Shown here piece after piece: positions 19,389 through 28,549 of a stretch of DNA of 52,355 nucleotides. Source of the stretch: Deltaproteobacteria bacterium. GTDB taxonomy: Bacteria; Myxococcota; Kuafuiibacteriia; Kuafuiibacteriales; Kuafuiibacteriaceae. Positions within the stretch are counted from its first letter, which is position 1, and each line of letters begins with the position of its first letter. The stretch lies in contig JAVJQW010000002.1 of assembly GCA_040218735.1 (NCBI GenBank), positions 1-52,355 on the forward strand. The letters run 5' to 3'. The position numbers were made by a program, and so were the translations under genes. The notes beneath the pieces are model-generated. The model ran no database searches. It saw only the letters and a list, made by a program, of their open reading frames with translations, and was not told the origin of the DNA.

Positions 19389-20738
19389 TCAGTGGTGCGC
19401 GGTCAGCTGCACCGGAGCCCCGGTCGGTCCGGGCATGAGCCACGCCGCATAGGGGACATCGTGGCCGACTCGCCGCACGTCGATCGCGGGATCCACGAGG
19501 AGCTGCGAGCGGCGTCCGTTCAGGGAGACGAGCGCCTCTGCACGAACCTCGACCGGGCCGAGTCCACGCCGTTCGAAGTCGGCGGCGACGTGTTGTCCGA
19601 GTTGGAGGATCATGTCCGGCTGCGACGACATCTCACTGACCTGCCGCCATGCGAGGTAGCGGTGCGGTGTCACCTGCCAGCGTCGATCCGTCAACGTATT
19701 GCGGACGTGGTACGTCACGGCGCCGTTCTTCTCGCGCACCATGACCTTCCAGGACCAGCGCATCCCGCGTTCGTTCCACAGGACGTCGCCATCGAGCAGG
19801 TAGTGGCGCAGCGGGACGGCGACCTGGAACGCGCAGTAGGCCACGACGATAGCGGTGGCGAGCCGACCCGGACGCGGCGTGGGGGCCTCGGCGAAGGACG
19901 GTGCGTTCCGAAGGATCCTGCGCGGCCAGCTCGGGTCGAAGAAGATCGTCGTCGCGACGATCATGATCGTCGGGAACATCCCGATGTCGAAGAACACCTG
20001 GGTCATCGCGTGGAACCCGAGCACCGCGAGGTACGCGAGGCCGCGCGTCCTTCGGATCGACAGCCACAACGGGATCGTCAGGTCGTAGAGGAAGCCGACC
20101 CAGCTCAACAGGTACGCGACCCAGAGCTTGCCGAGCCAGGACCCGATGAACGGGAGGTCGGTGCGGGAGCTCAGCCAGATGTTCAGCGGCTGAGCGTGCA
20201 GCAGCCAGTCGGCGTTCAGCTTCGCGAGCGCGGCGTAGAAGTAGACGACGCCGACCTGGAATCGCAGCAGCGACACCATCCAGCGCGGGACGGTGCTGCG
20301 CCTCAGCTCGGGCCGACGTCGAGCGTCGATCGAGAACGCGGCGTGCGCGGGGAGGACGGCGAGCAGCCCGCAGAGGAGGAAGACCAGGTAGTAGTGGTTG
20401 AGGTAGTTGGTCTGGTCCATCAGCTGGACGTAGGTCCACCCCAGCCCGAACGCGACGATGCTGAATCGGTAGTACAGGCCGAGCGCGACGCACAGGGCGA
20501 GCACGGCGAGGACGGCGTGGTGCAGGTACAGGCCCGTCGGCCCCCAGACCCGCACCCACTCGAAGCCCGGGTACTTGAAGAAGAAGCTCGGCTCGACGTA
20601 GACGATCTCGATCCAGCCGGACGCCATGAAGCGCACCAGGCCGGCGCACATCATCACGCCGAAGAGGATGCGGAGGGCGGCGATCGACGCGATGTCGACC
20701 GGAGCCGTCCAGCGCTCGCCGAGCCGCCGTTCAGTCAT
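19389..20738 (-). CDS. HTTM-domain / vitamin K-dependent gamma-carboxylase-like membrane protein
   Basis: LRILFG, DQTNYLNHYYL, VYFYAALAKLNADWL, IGMFP, WSWKVM, QPDMILQ, SLNGR; ATG at 20738 overlaps the upstream stop. Confidence 0.9.
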   Translation of the reverse strand: MTERRLGERWTAPVDIASIAALRILFGVMMCAGLVRFMASGWIEIVYVEPSFFFKYPGFEWVRVWGPTGLYLHHAVLAVLALCVALGLYYRFSIVAFGLGWTYVQLMDQTNYLNHYYLVFLLCGLLAVLPAHAAFSIDARRRPELRRSTVPRWMVSLLRFQVGVVYFYAALAKLNADWLLHAQPLNIWLSSRTDLPFIGSWLGKLWVAYLLSWVGFLYDLTIPLWLSIRRTRGLAYLAVLGFHAMTQVFFDIGMFPTIMIVATTIFFDPSWPRRILRNAPSFAEAPTPRPGRLATAIVVAYCAFQVAVPLRHYLLDGDVLWNERGMRWSWKVMVREKNGAVTYHVRNTLTDRRWQVTPHRYLAWRQVSEMSSQPDMILQLGQHVAADFERRGLGPVEVRAEALVSLNGRRSQLLVDPAIDVRRVGHDVPYAAWLMPGPTGAPVQLTAHH

Positions 20739-21888
20739 TGTCGCCGGCGCCCTCCTGCGGGACATCGAGGTTCAGCACGGATACGAAGCGACTCTTCAGC
20801 TCGTCCGTGACCTTCTTGACTGCGGCGTGGATCGGCATCGCTTCGTTCGGGTTGGACTGAAGCATCGTGCGCAGGTCCGGGTCTCCGGCCGCCGCGGCGA
20901 TCGCTGCTTCCGCATCAGCCACCATCTGGTCGGCGAGATCGCCCGCGTTCGACGCGCGCAGGTAGTCATCGAAGCCGACGCCTTCGCCCGCCGTGAGGCC
21001 CGCGAGGAAGCCCTGGAGGTTGGCGTGCACGGCGGCGCGCGAGAAGTCGGCGAAGCGGAACTCCAGCGTCTCGGGGCACACCTCGGTCGTGCAGTCGGGG
21101 TGCAGCCCGAGCGGCGTCGCGAGCTTTTTGTCCTTGGTCGTCAGCTCGAGATAGAACATCGCCGCGAACAGGTCGTTGAGGGCCTCACGCTCGCTGCGAT
21201 ACGGGGAGTCGTCGTCGCCGGGCCGGGCGAACGCGTCAGCGAACCCGTCTGTCGCCCAGGCGTCCCTCAGCTGCGTCGCGTCCGCGACCACCTTCGTCGC
21301 CATCACGCGCGCGAGCGCCGCTCGACGCGCGTCGACCTCACCGGCGATCGCGTCCCACTGGCCCTCGGAGTTGATGCCGAGGACCGGCGAGCACGTGTTC
21401 TCGGGCGAGTCGTAGAACAGCAGGTACTCGATGGCGTCGAGGCCGTAGCTGTTGACGAGCTTGCCGTCGAAGTAACTCGGCGCTTCGAAGCCGTTCGCGA
21501 CGATCTCCTGGTCGACGCGGCACGTGTTCGACGTCGGCCAAGAGTAGATCTCGTCGCGTAGGTTGCGACCGTCGATGACCTTGCTGCTCTGACCGGCGGG
21601 GCCGACCTGAAACACCTCGGCCTGCTGCCACATCGCCATCACGTCGCGCCACGCCGCACGTGCTTCATCGCGTGCGGTGGTCGACGTGGGGTCCGCGGCG
21701 TACGCGGCGGTGGCCGACTCGAGGCCGACCGCCGCCGTCACGACGCGCTCGTAGATGGGCAGGATCGCATTGTCGGCGACGCCGGCGAGCACGGCCTTGC
21801 GGTCGAACCCCTGGGGGTCATCGCCGCCGTTGCCGGGTTTCGAACACGCCGCGCTCAACAGTGCGACCAAGAGGACCTTACGTCGCAT
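20731..21888 (-). CDS. Imelysin-family lipoprotein
   Basis: Lipobox LSAAC; ARAAW...WQ.AE...GP, IYSWP, GLDAIEYLL, C-terminal GDND. Confidence 0.88.
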   Translation of the reverse strand: MRRKVLLVALLSAACSKPGNGGDDPQGFDRKAVLAGVADNAILPIYERVVTAAVGLESATAAYAADPTSTTARDEARAAWRDVMAMWQQAEVFQVGPAGQSSKVIDGRNLRDEIYSWPTSNTCRVDQEIVANGFEAPSYFDGKLVNSYGLDAIEYLLFYDSPENTCSPVLGINSEGQWDAIAGEVDARRAALARVMATKVVADATQLRDAWATDGFADAFARPGDDDSPYRSEREALNDLFAAMFYLELTTKDKKLATPLGLHPDCTTEVCPETLEFRFADFSRAAVHANLQGFLAGLTAGEGVGFDDYLRASNAGDLADQMVADAEAAIAAAAGDPDLRTMLQSNPNEAMPIHAAVKKVTDELKSRFVSVLNLDVPQEGAGDND

Positions 21889-21891
21889 CAC

Positions 21892-23385
21892 CTACCAGCC
21901 GTTCTCCCCGACCATGTCGCCGAGGTTGTCCGAGGCGAAGCCCATCGCGCTACCGATCATCGCGCGGGCGTCCCGCAGGTCCGTCTTGTACTGCTCGATG
22001 TCCGCCGAGCCCGGGAGCACCGGCGCGTCGCGCAGCAGCGCGTGGAGCATTTCGAACTGAGCGTCCGTCAGCGACGAGTGCCGGCTGAATTGGAACGCGA
22101 GCGCGAAGCCCTTCATCTCGCTCCAGTGTTTGGCGTGGTCGTAGAAGTTGTACTCGGACGTGCCGAACGCCTCCATGTCCTGCAGCGTGTCGTTGATGTA
22201 GTGGACCACGGTGGCGGCGATCGCCGCCTCCCAGGCGGTCAGCGCCTTGTCACGCTCCACGACGAGCGCCGCCATCTTCTCGGTGTCGAGCGCGCCGCCG
22301 GCGGTGGCGATGATGTGTCGCCCCGCCGTGAAGGCGTCGATCGCGTCCTTGGTGAAGTCGGTCGCGACGACCGCGCCGCGGTCGCGTTTGCCCGCGTTCT
22401 GCGCGTGCCCGAAGACGTACTCGCTGAGGAGATCGATCGAACCGTCACCGTCCGTATCGTGGTACCCGCTCGACCACCCTTCGCGGCCGCCCGCGGCGGC
22501 GATCTCGTCGTCGTCGTACATCGCGTAGTCGTGCGAGGCGCCGAAGTAGCCGAAGCCCTCGTCCCACTGGTGCTCGAGCGCGGTGTAGGGCGAGTCGCCG
22601 TCGGCCATCGTGTTGTCGGTGCGCAGGCCCTTACCGTCCGTGTCGTCGTCCAGGTAGTCGTCAGCGCCCTGCGAGTAGGCGATCGCGCCGGTGAGGAACT
22701 TCTGGAGGAGCTGCGAGTAGTCCAGCCCCTCCGGCGAGACGTAGACCTCGCTGATCGCGTTGCCGTCCGGGTCGACCGGGATGTCACCGGCCGCGCGTCG
22801 AGCGGCGAGCGTGTCCAGCTCGGCGAACCACAGGCGCACCAGGCTCTCCGGCGTGGTGACGCTCGCGTCGTCCCATCCTCGGAACGCCATGGTCCAGTCC
22901 TCGTGCTGACCGGCCTCGTCGTTGCCGGCGATCTTGCCGATGAGGTTCGCGCTGCCGATCTCGCCGTAGGTCGTCTGCAGCGCGGCGGGCGTGGTGTCGA
23001 TGCCGTGCGTCTCGCCGCCGGCCGAGGCCGCGTCGAACTCGAGGTAGAACTCGAGCTCGGCCATGACGTCGCCGGTCGTGGGTGTGAACGTGCCCATGTC
23101 GATGCGGTCCGTCAGGCCCGACACGCGGTTCTTCATGTCCACGATGAGGACGTGCCGCAGCGTCTGTCCGCTGTGGACGACGCTCGATGCACCCGCCTCG
23201 AAGCGGCTCTCGAAGGTGTAGGTCGTCGGAGGATCCGTCGGGTCGACCGTGGAGCCGCCGTCCCGCGTCACGCCACCGTCGCGATCGATCGTGGTGTCAT
23301 CCCCATCGTCGTCGTCGCCGCTGCAAGCGAATCCGGCCGCGAGGGCGCCTGTGAGGAGCAGTCGGAGTGCACACGTCTTGTTCAT
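21892..23385 (-). CDS. DUF4856-domain lipoprotein
   Basis: Lipobox GFAC; SSV.HSGQT.R, GLDYSQLLQK.L.GA, EHQWDEGFGYFG, KHWSEMKGF motifs. Confidence 0.85.
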   Translation of the reverse strand: MNKTCALRLLLTGALAAGFACSGDDDDGDDTTIDRDGGVTRDGGSTVDPTDPPTTYTFESRFEAGASSVVHSGQTLRHVLIVDMKNRVSGLTDRIDMGTFTPTTGDVMAELEFYLEFDAASAGGETHGIDTTPAALQTTYGEIGSANLIGKIAGNDEAGQHEDWTMAFRGWDDASVTTPESLVRLWFAELDTLAARRAAGDIPVDPDGNAISEVYVSPEGLDYSQLLQKFLTGAIAYSQGADDYLDDDTDGKGLRTDNTMADGDSPYTALEHQWDEGFGYFGASHDYAMYDDDEIAAAGGREGWSSGYHDTDGDGSIDLLSEYVFGHAQNAGKRDRGAVVATDFTKDAIDAFTAGRHIIATAGGALDTEKMAALVVERDKALTAWEAAIAATVVHYINDTLQDMEAFGTSEYNFYDHAKHWSEMKGFALAFQFSRHSSLTDAQFEMLHALLRDAPVLPGSADIEQYKTDLRDARAMIGSAMGFASDNLGDMVGENGW

Positions 23386-23408
23386 GCTCCAGATGCTGTA
23401 CTGCTTTT

Positions 23409-23433
23409 GATTTTGAGAATCAATCGCATTATC
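23409..23433. promoter_or_regulatory. Fur-box-like operator
   Basis: AT-rich GATTTTGAGAATCAATCGCATTATC in a GC-rich genome; resembles overlapping GATAATGATAATCATTATC; directly upstream of an iron-uptake-type operon. Confidence 0.75.
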
Positions 23434-23484
23434 GGTGCGATCGCGCGGCTTGACTCGATCGCGTCCCCTCAGTACCCGGGCGTC

Positions 23485-24177
23485 ATGAAGGCTCTCCCCC
23501 TGTGTTTGGCCATCGTCTCGTTGCTCGCTACGGCGTCCGCCCGCGCGGACGAGGCCACGCTCGCCCGAGGTGGGCTGCTCTACGACAACTGGTCGAAAGT
23601 CGTGAGCAAGAAGCCCCCGGCGAAGCCGAACCCGGCCTATCCGAAGACCGGCAAGTACTTCGGGAAGGATGGCGCGGACTACCGGTGCAAGGAGTGCCAC
23701 GGCTGGGACTACCGCGGGAAGGACGGCGCGTACGCTTCAGGGAAACACGCGACGGGCATCGCGGGCATCCGGGCCGCGGCGAAGCGACCCGAAGCGAAGA
23801 TCGTCAAGGTGCTGAAGGACTCGACGCACGGCTACGGGGACCTGCTCTCGGACGCGGACCTCGCGGCGCTGGCCGCGTTTGTGTCCAAGGGCCAGGTCGA
23901 CATGGACCGCGTCATCGATCGCAAGACCAAGAAGGCCCGCGGGAAGGCCGCGCGGGGCAAGCCGGTCTTCGAGACCATCTGCGCGAAGTGCCACGGCGTC
24001 GACGGTAAGGGGGAGCCGAAGATGGACGCCCTCGGTCCGCTCGCACGCGGCAATCCGTGGGAGACGCTCCACAAGATCCTCAACGGGCAGCCGGACTCCG
24101 AGATGCCGGCGCTCCGCGCGCTCGACCGCCAGGTCGCGCTGGACGTCCTGACCTACGCGCAGACGCTGCCCGACTGA
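23485..24177 (+). CDS. Di-heme cytochrome c
   Basis: Signal peptide; CKECH and CAKCH heme motifs; GGLLYDNW; C-terminal MP ligand. Confidence 0.9.
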   Translation: MKALPLCLAIVSLLATASARADEATLARGGLLYDNWSKVVSKKPPAKPNPAYPKTGKYFGKDGADYRCKECHGWDYRGKDGAYASGKHATGIAGIRAAAKRPEAKIVKVLKDSTHGYGDLLSDADLAALAAFVSKGQVDMDRVIDRKTKKARGKAARGKPVFETICAKCHGVDGKGEPKMDALGPLARGNPWETLHKILNGQPDSEMPALRALDRQVALDVLTYAQTLPD

Positions 24178-26616
24178 TCAGAACCGCATCGGCACGTACG
24201 TCCCGACCAGCTGCGCGTTGTTCTCGTACACCACGCCGAGCAGGAAGTTCTCCACGCCCGAGTCCGTCTCCACGGCGATCGCGTTGTCCCGGACGTAGCC
24301 GTCGCTGAGGCGCATGAAGGCCGACGCCAAGCCGTAGATCGCGACGTCGCAGTTCTTCGCCTCGAACGCGTCGATCTCGAGCTCGCCGAAGTTCTCCTGA
24401 CCGAATCCGACGCGTCCCTCCTCTCCGCAGTCGATCGCCACACCGGTGAGATCGGCGATACCGCGCCAGTCGGCGGTGACCGCGTAGCGCGCGTCCGTGA
24501 TGCGCACGTTCGAGCCGGTGATCCGGCCGTCGTAGTACACGCCGACGCCGCGAATTCGCGCGTTGTCGACCGCGAAGTCGTCGATCGTCACCTTCGCGCT
24601 CTGCGTGACGTCGAGGCCCCAGCCACGGATGTCATGGATATGGACCCGGCGAAAGGCGACCTCGGCGTCGCACCCCACCTCGACGCCAAAGTACGGGCTC
24701 GCGCTCTCGTTGCCGAGCAGCTCGGCGTCGGTGATGCGCAGCATCCCCGTCCGTATCTCTTCCGAGCAGTCGTTTTGGCTCTCGAGCTCACCGTCGTCGA
24801 TCGCGAGGGCCGACGTCAGCGCGCCCTCCACGTGGATACGATCCAGCACAGCCGAAGCGCCGGAACGGATTTCGATCCCGACGCTGTTCTCGTCCGACGA
24901 CGCGCCGCGCGCGATGCCGACGAGCCGGACGTGGTCGGCGTCGATGGACGCGCGGCTCTCCACGAGCAGGCCCCAGCGCGCGCTGTTCGCGATGTCGACG
25001 TGGTCCAACGTCAGCGTCGCTGCCGAACCTGCGTTGACCGCCATGCCGTGCCAGCCGCGGTCCGGCTCGGTCGCGACGTCGCGGATCAACACGTTGCGGA
25101 GGGTTGCCGCCGACGACACGAACCAGCCGGCGCTCGTGATGACCCGTGCGATCCAGCTGTGCTCGACGAAGACCGTACTGTTGTTCGTCGCGAAGATGGC
25201 GCGCCCGTCGCGCTCATCGAGCGCGACGCTGTCTTCGATCACCGCGTAGTCGAGCGTGACTTCGGCGCTGTCGACGCGGACGGTGCTCCCGGTGGCTTGG
25301 GTGAAGAGCGCGCGCGTGACCGTCGTCGACGCGCCGGACTGCGCGCGCACGGCGGAACCGCCGACGCGCTCGACCACGACGTCGTCGAGCGTCGCCACGA
25401 CGTCCCCGTCGAAGCTGAACGCGTCGTCCGCGCCGTCACGGATGACGACGTTCGTCGCCACCACGGTCCCGGCGTTCGCGGCCACCGCCACGCCGAGGGC
25501 GTCGTCCACCACGACGCGGTTCAACGTGATGTCCGCGCCGCCGATAAACGGGACCCGCAGACCGCCGCCCCGCGAGAAGATCGCACGGTCCGCGACGATC
25601 TTGGCGGCGCCAGACGCCGAGACCGCTCCGCGCTGCACGGTGACGTCCATGAACGCGAGCTCGGACGCTGCGCCGTTCACCGCCCAGGGCCCGCCGAGCT
25701 GGATCGTGGACTGTTCCGCACACGCGCCGACGAACTGCACCAGGCCGGTCAAGGAGCGCGCCGGATCGATGTGGGTCCCACGGCGGAGCGCGATCGCGAC
25801 CGAGGCGGGCGCGCCGTCGAGCGCGGCGTCGATCGTACGGAACGGATCCTCGCGGGTCCCGACGCCGTCCGGACCCGCGTCGGGGTCGACGTAGCGGACC
25901 GGCCGATCGTTGGGGACCGTGTCGGGCCAGCCGCTGGTCGGGCACGCCACGCCGACATCGCCGCAGTCGGCGTCCGCGATGAACTGATGGCCCGCGCAGT
26001 CACGCGTCGGCGGACGGCACGCGGAGATCCCGTCCACGTCGACGGTCAGCCAACCGTCCGGGCAGGTGCCGAAGTCAGGGGCCTCGGGGGGCATCGGTGG
26101 GGTGGGCGCCTGCGGCGAGGTCGGTTCGGGGCAGGTCGCGGAGCAGCTGTCGTTCGCCGCGTCGCTCTCGGTCGCGAAGCACCCGCCCGCCATCGCGCAC
26201 GACGCAACGGAGTCTCCGGCGATTCGGAACGCGGCGAGCTCGTCGTCGAGGGTGTCGCGCGGCGCCCAGGTCGAAAGGCCACTGGCGCCGACCGTCGCCG
26301 AGAAGAGTTGGTCGGGGAGGGGGAGGCGGCGGTTGTTCGCTTCGCCACGCGCGTCGGTGAGTGGACCGGGCCGGAGGCCGAGCTCGTCGAGCGTGCGCGC
26401 GTAGTAGAGCACGGAGATGTCCGTGTTCGTGGCGATCCCGACGCGGTCGGGACGTCCGTCGGGGTACACGAAGGCTTCGACGCGTACGCCGCCAGCCGGG
26501 AGCGCCAGCCCGACGAGCATCGATCGGGTGCCTTCGTCCGCTTCGGGGAACGTGGCCGAGCGCTGCGCGTGGCACGCGCCGAGCAGGACCAGTAGGGGCG
26601 CGAAGACGCGGCGCAC
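24178..26616 (-). CDS. Right-handed beta-helix repeat lipoprotein
   Basis: Lipobox LLGAC; Cys/Pro-rich linker; YVDP...GT...PF.TI..AL motif preceding parallel beta-helix repeats. Confidence 0.8.
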   Translation of the reverse strand: MRRVFAPLLVLLGACHAQRSATFPEADEGTRSMLVGLALPAGGVRVEAFVYPDGRPDRVGIATNTDISVLYYARTLDELGLRPGPLTDARGEANNRRLPLPDQLFSATVGASGLSTWAPRDTLDDELAAFRIAGDSVASCAMAGGCFATESDAANDSCSATCPEPTSPQAPTPPMPPEAPDFGTCPDGWLTVDVDGISACRPPTRDCAGHQFIADADCGDVGVACPTSGWPDTVPNDRPVRYVDPDAGPDGVGTREDPFRTIDAALDGAPASVAIALRRGTHIDPARSLTGLVQFVGACAEQSTIQLGGPWAVNGAASELAFMDVTVQRGAVSASGAAKIVADRAIFSRGGGLRVPFIGGADITLNRVVVDDALGVAVAANAGTVVATNVVIRDGADDAFSFDGDVVATLDDVVVERVGGSAVRAQSGASTTVTRALFTQATGSTVRVDSAEVTLDYAVIEDSVALDERDGRAIFATNNSTVFVEHSWIARVITSAGWFVSSAATLRNVLIRDVATEPDRGWHGMAVNAGSAATLTLDHVDIANSARWGLLVESRASIDADHVRLVGIARGASSDENSVGIEIRSGASAVLDRIHVEGALTSALAIDDGELESQNDCSEEIRTGMLRITDAELLGNESASPYFGVEVGCDAEVAFRRVHIHDIRGWGLDVTQSAKVTIDDFAVDNARIRGVGVYYDGRITGSNVRITDARYAVTADWRGIADLTGVAIDCGEEGRVGFGQENFGELEIDAFEAKNCDVAIYGLASAFMRLSDGYVRDNAIAVETDSGVENFLLGVVYENNAQLVGTYVPMRF

Positions 26617-26723
26617 ACTTCGACTCTGCCAGGCTGCGTCCCCCAACAGAAGGGGCTTCGGAAATGTCCCACGGATGTTCCACCGATGAATTCGACAGCC
26701 CGCGCGCCCTACCATCCGGCGCC

Positions 26724-27989
26724 ATGACACACATCTTTCGCCACGCGGCGCCGATCGCGCTCCTCGTGCTCGTTGTCGCGTGCTCCGACGAGCCGTTGGA
26801 CGCCGGCGACGGGATGGTCCGAGATGCGGGCACGACCGTTGTCGCGGACGGCGGCGGCCAGGACCGCGACGCCGGCGAGCCCGCGGTCGACGCCGGGGTC
26901 GCGCGCGACGGCGGTTCGGTGCGGGACGGCGGGACCTCGACGTCCACGGTTCCGCTCGGGACGATCGACCTCGGCACGATCTCGACGGGCGCCGACGGGC
27001 GCACACCGCCGATCGAGTTCGAGCTCCCCGCCGACACCGTCAGCTTCATGGTCGTGACGGAAGCGGCGCCCGAGGCGTTCGTCGTCGTCTACACCCTCGA
27101 AGGCCCGGACGGCCCGCTCGTCACGAACGACGAGTCCACGCTCACGCCGCTCGAGCGCCTCCTGCTGGGACCCTTCGCCGCGCAGTTCAAGAGCCCGAAC
27201 CGCGTCGTGCAGGACAGCGGCATCGCGGCGGCGCTGTTCCCGAACAACCCGGGCGTCTCGGTGAGCGGGGGCACGTACACGATGCGGATCGCCGGGCTGG
27301 TGCCCCAAGGGCAGCAGGGCCAACCGTACGTCGGGGACATCGATGTCGAGATCCTCTTCCGCACCCAGGTGCCGTCGTCCGGGCGCCTCGACGTATCGCT
27401 GTACTTCACCGGTGCGGGGGGTATCGACGCCGCTTCCGCTCCGACCGCACCGTTGATCCAAGACGCGCTCGTGGATCTGGGGGAGATCTATGCGACCGCC
27501 GGCATCACCATCGGCGCCATCGCGTACCACGACGTCGACGCCCGCTTCCGCACGATCGAGGTCGCGCTCAGCGGTGGCGCCGGGCCGCTCGAAGAAATGT
27601 TCGAGGCGACCCAAGGGCCCGGGCTGCACTTCTTCTTCGTGGACCGGTTCGAATCGCCCATCCCGGGCGGTGCGATCGGTGGGATCGCGGGGGGGCTGCC
27701 CGGACCGCCGCTGCGTCCATCTACCCTCAACAGCGGCGTCGCCGTCGCCCTCGAGCCCGCGAACGAGGACCCTGCCGTGTTGGCGCACGTGATGGCGCAC
27801 GAGGGCGGCCACTGGCTCGGGCTGTTCCACACGTCGGAGATCACCGGCAGCGAGGATCAGCACCCGGAGACGCCGTCGGGCGAGGCCGGCAACCTGCACC
27901 TGATGTACCCGGCCGTCGGCGGCGGGACGATGATCTCACCGTCGCAGGCGCGTGTGATGCGACTGCACGCCGAGACGATCGCGCAGTGA
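26724..27989 (+). CDS. Zinc metalloprotease lipoprotein (metzincin, M43-like)
   Basis: Lipobox VVAC; HEGGHWLGLFH (HExxHxxGxxH) and Met-turn LMYP. Confidence 0.85.
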   Translation: MTHIFRHAAPIALLVLVVACSDEPLDAGDGMVRDAGTTVVADGGGQDRDAGEPAVDAGVARDGGSVRDGGTSTSTVPLGTIDLGTISTGADGRTPPIEFELPADTVSFMVVTEAAPEAFVVVYTLEGPDGPLVTNDESTLTPLERLLLGPFAAQFKSPNRVVQDSGIAAALFPNNPGVSVSGGTYTMRIAGLVPQGQQGQPYVGDIDVEILFRTQVPSSGRLDVSLYFTGAGGIDAASAPTAPLIQDALVDLGEIYATAGITIGAIAYHDVDARFRTIEVALSGGAGPLEEMFEATQGPGLHFFFVDRFESPIPGGAIGGIAGGLPGPPLRPSTLNSGVAVALEPANEDPAVLAHVMAHEGGHWLGLFHTSEITGSEDQHPETPSGEAGNLHLMYPAVGGGTMISPSQARVMRLHAETIAQ

Positions 27990-28005
27990 ACGAGGAGCGT
28001 ACGAA

Positions 28006-28524
28006 ATGATGAGCCTGACGCTGATGATGACCCTGATCGCGACGCCACCGGCGGCCGTCGAACACGAGCCCCAGCTCGTCCGAATCCTGTCCTACGTCGA
28101 CGTCGCAGTGACGCGCGAGGCCCTCGACGCGGTGGCTGCGACGCCGCAGGCACTCGAGGCGATCGCCCGCGATCCCCGACTCGCACGGTACCCGCGGATG
28201 CGCGCCGCAAGTGCGCTCGGCCACTACGCCGAAGCCGGTCGCGCGCTGGTGGGGCTGCTCGAAACGCCCGAGCTCGACCGCGCCGTACGCATCCAGGCGA
28301 TGTCGTCGTTGACGTACGTGGATGGGGCGCGGGCGATCGATCGCCTGCGGTCGCGGCTCGGTGACGCCGACCCGGAGCTGAGGGCGGCGGCCGTGCGCAA
28401 CCTGGGCCGTATCGACGCGCCGCGGGCGCAAGCTGTCTTGCGCGACCGACTCGAGCGTGGCGTGGAGCGCGTCCCGTGGGTTGCGGCGGAGCTGTCGCGC
28501 GTCGTCGCGCGCCGAGCGAATTGA
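28006..28524 (+). CDS. HEAT-repeat protein, probably exported
   Basis: N-terminal hydrophobic segment; LGDADPELRAAAVRNLG-type HEAT repeats. Confidence 0.75.
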   Translation: MMSLTLMMTLIATPPAAVEHEPQLVRILSYVDVAVTREALDAVAATPQALEAIARDPRLARYPRMRAASALGHYAEAGRALVGLLETPELDRAVRIQAMSSLTYVDGARAIDRLRSRLGDADPELRAAAVRNLGRIDAPRAQAVLRDRLERGVERVPWVAAELSRVVARRAN

Positions 28525-28549
28525 TCGACCGCCCGTCTGTCGTTGATCT

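Noticed and set aside
16805-19438. Long antisense ORFs (also 24634-26595, 28568-30544, 42414-44873, 45631-47727)
   Set aside because: Expected stop-poor shadow frames in high-GC DNA, overlapping well-supported genes.
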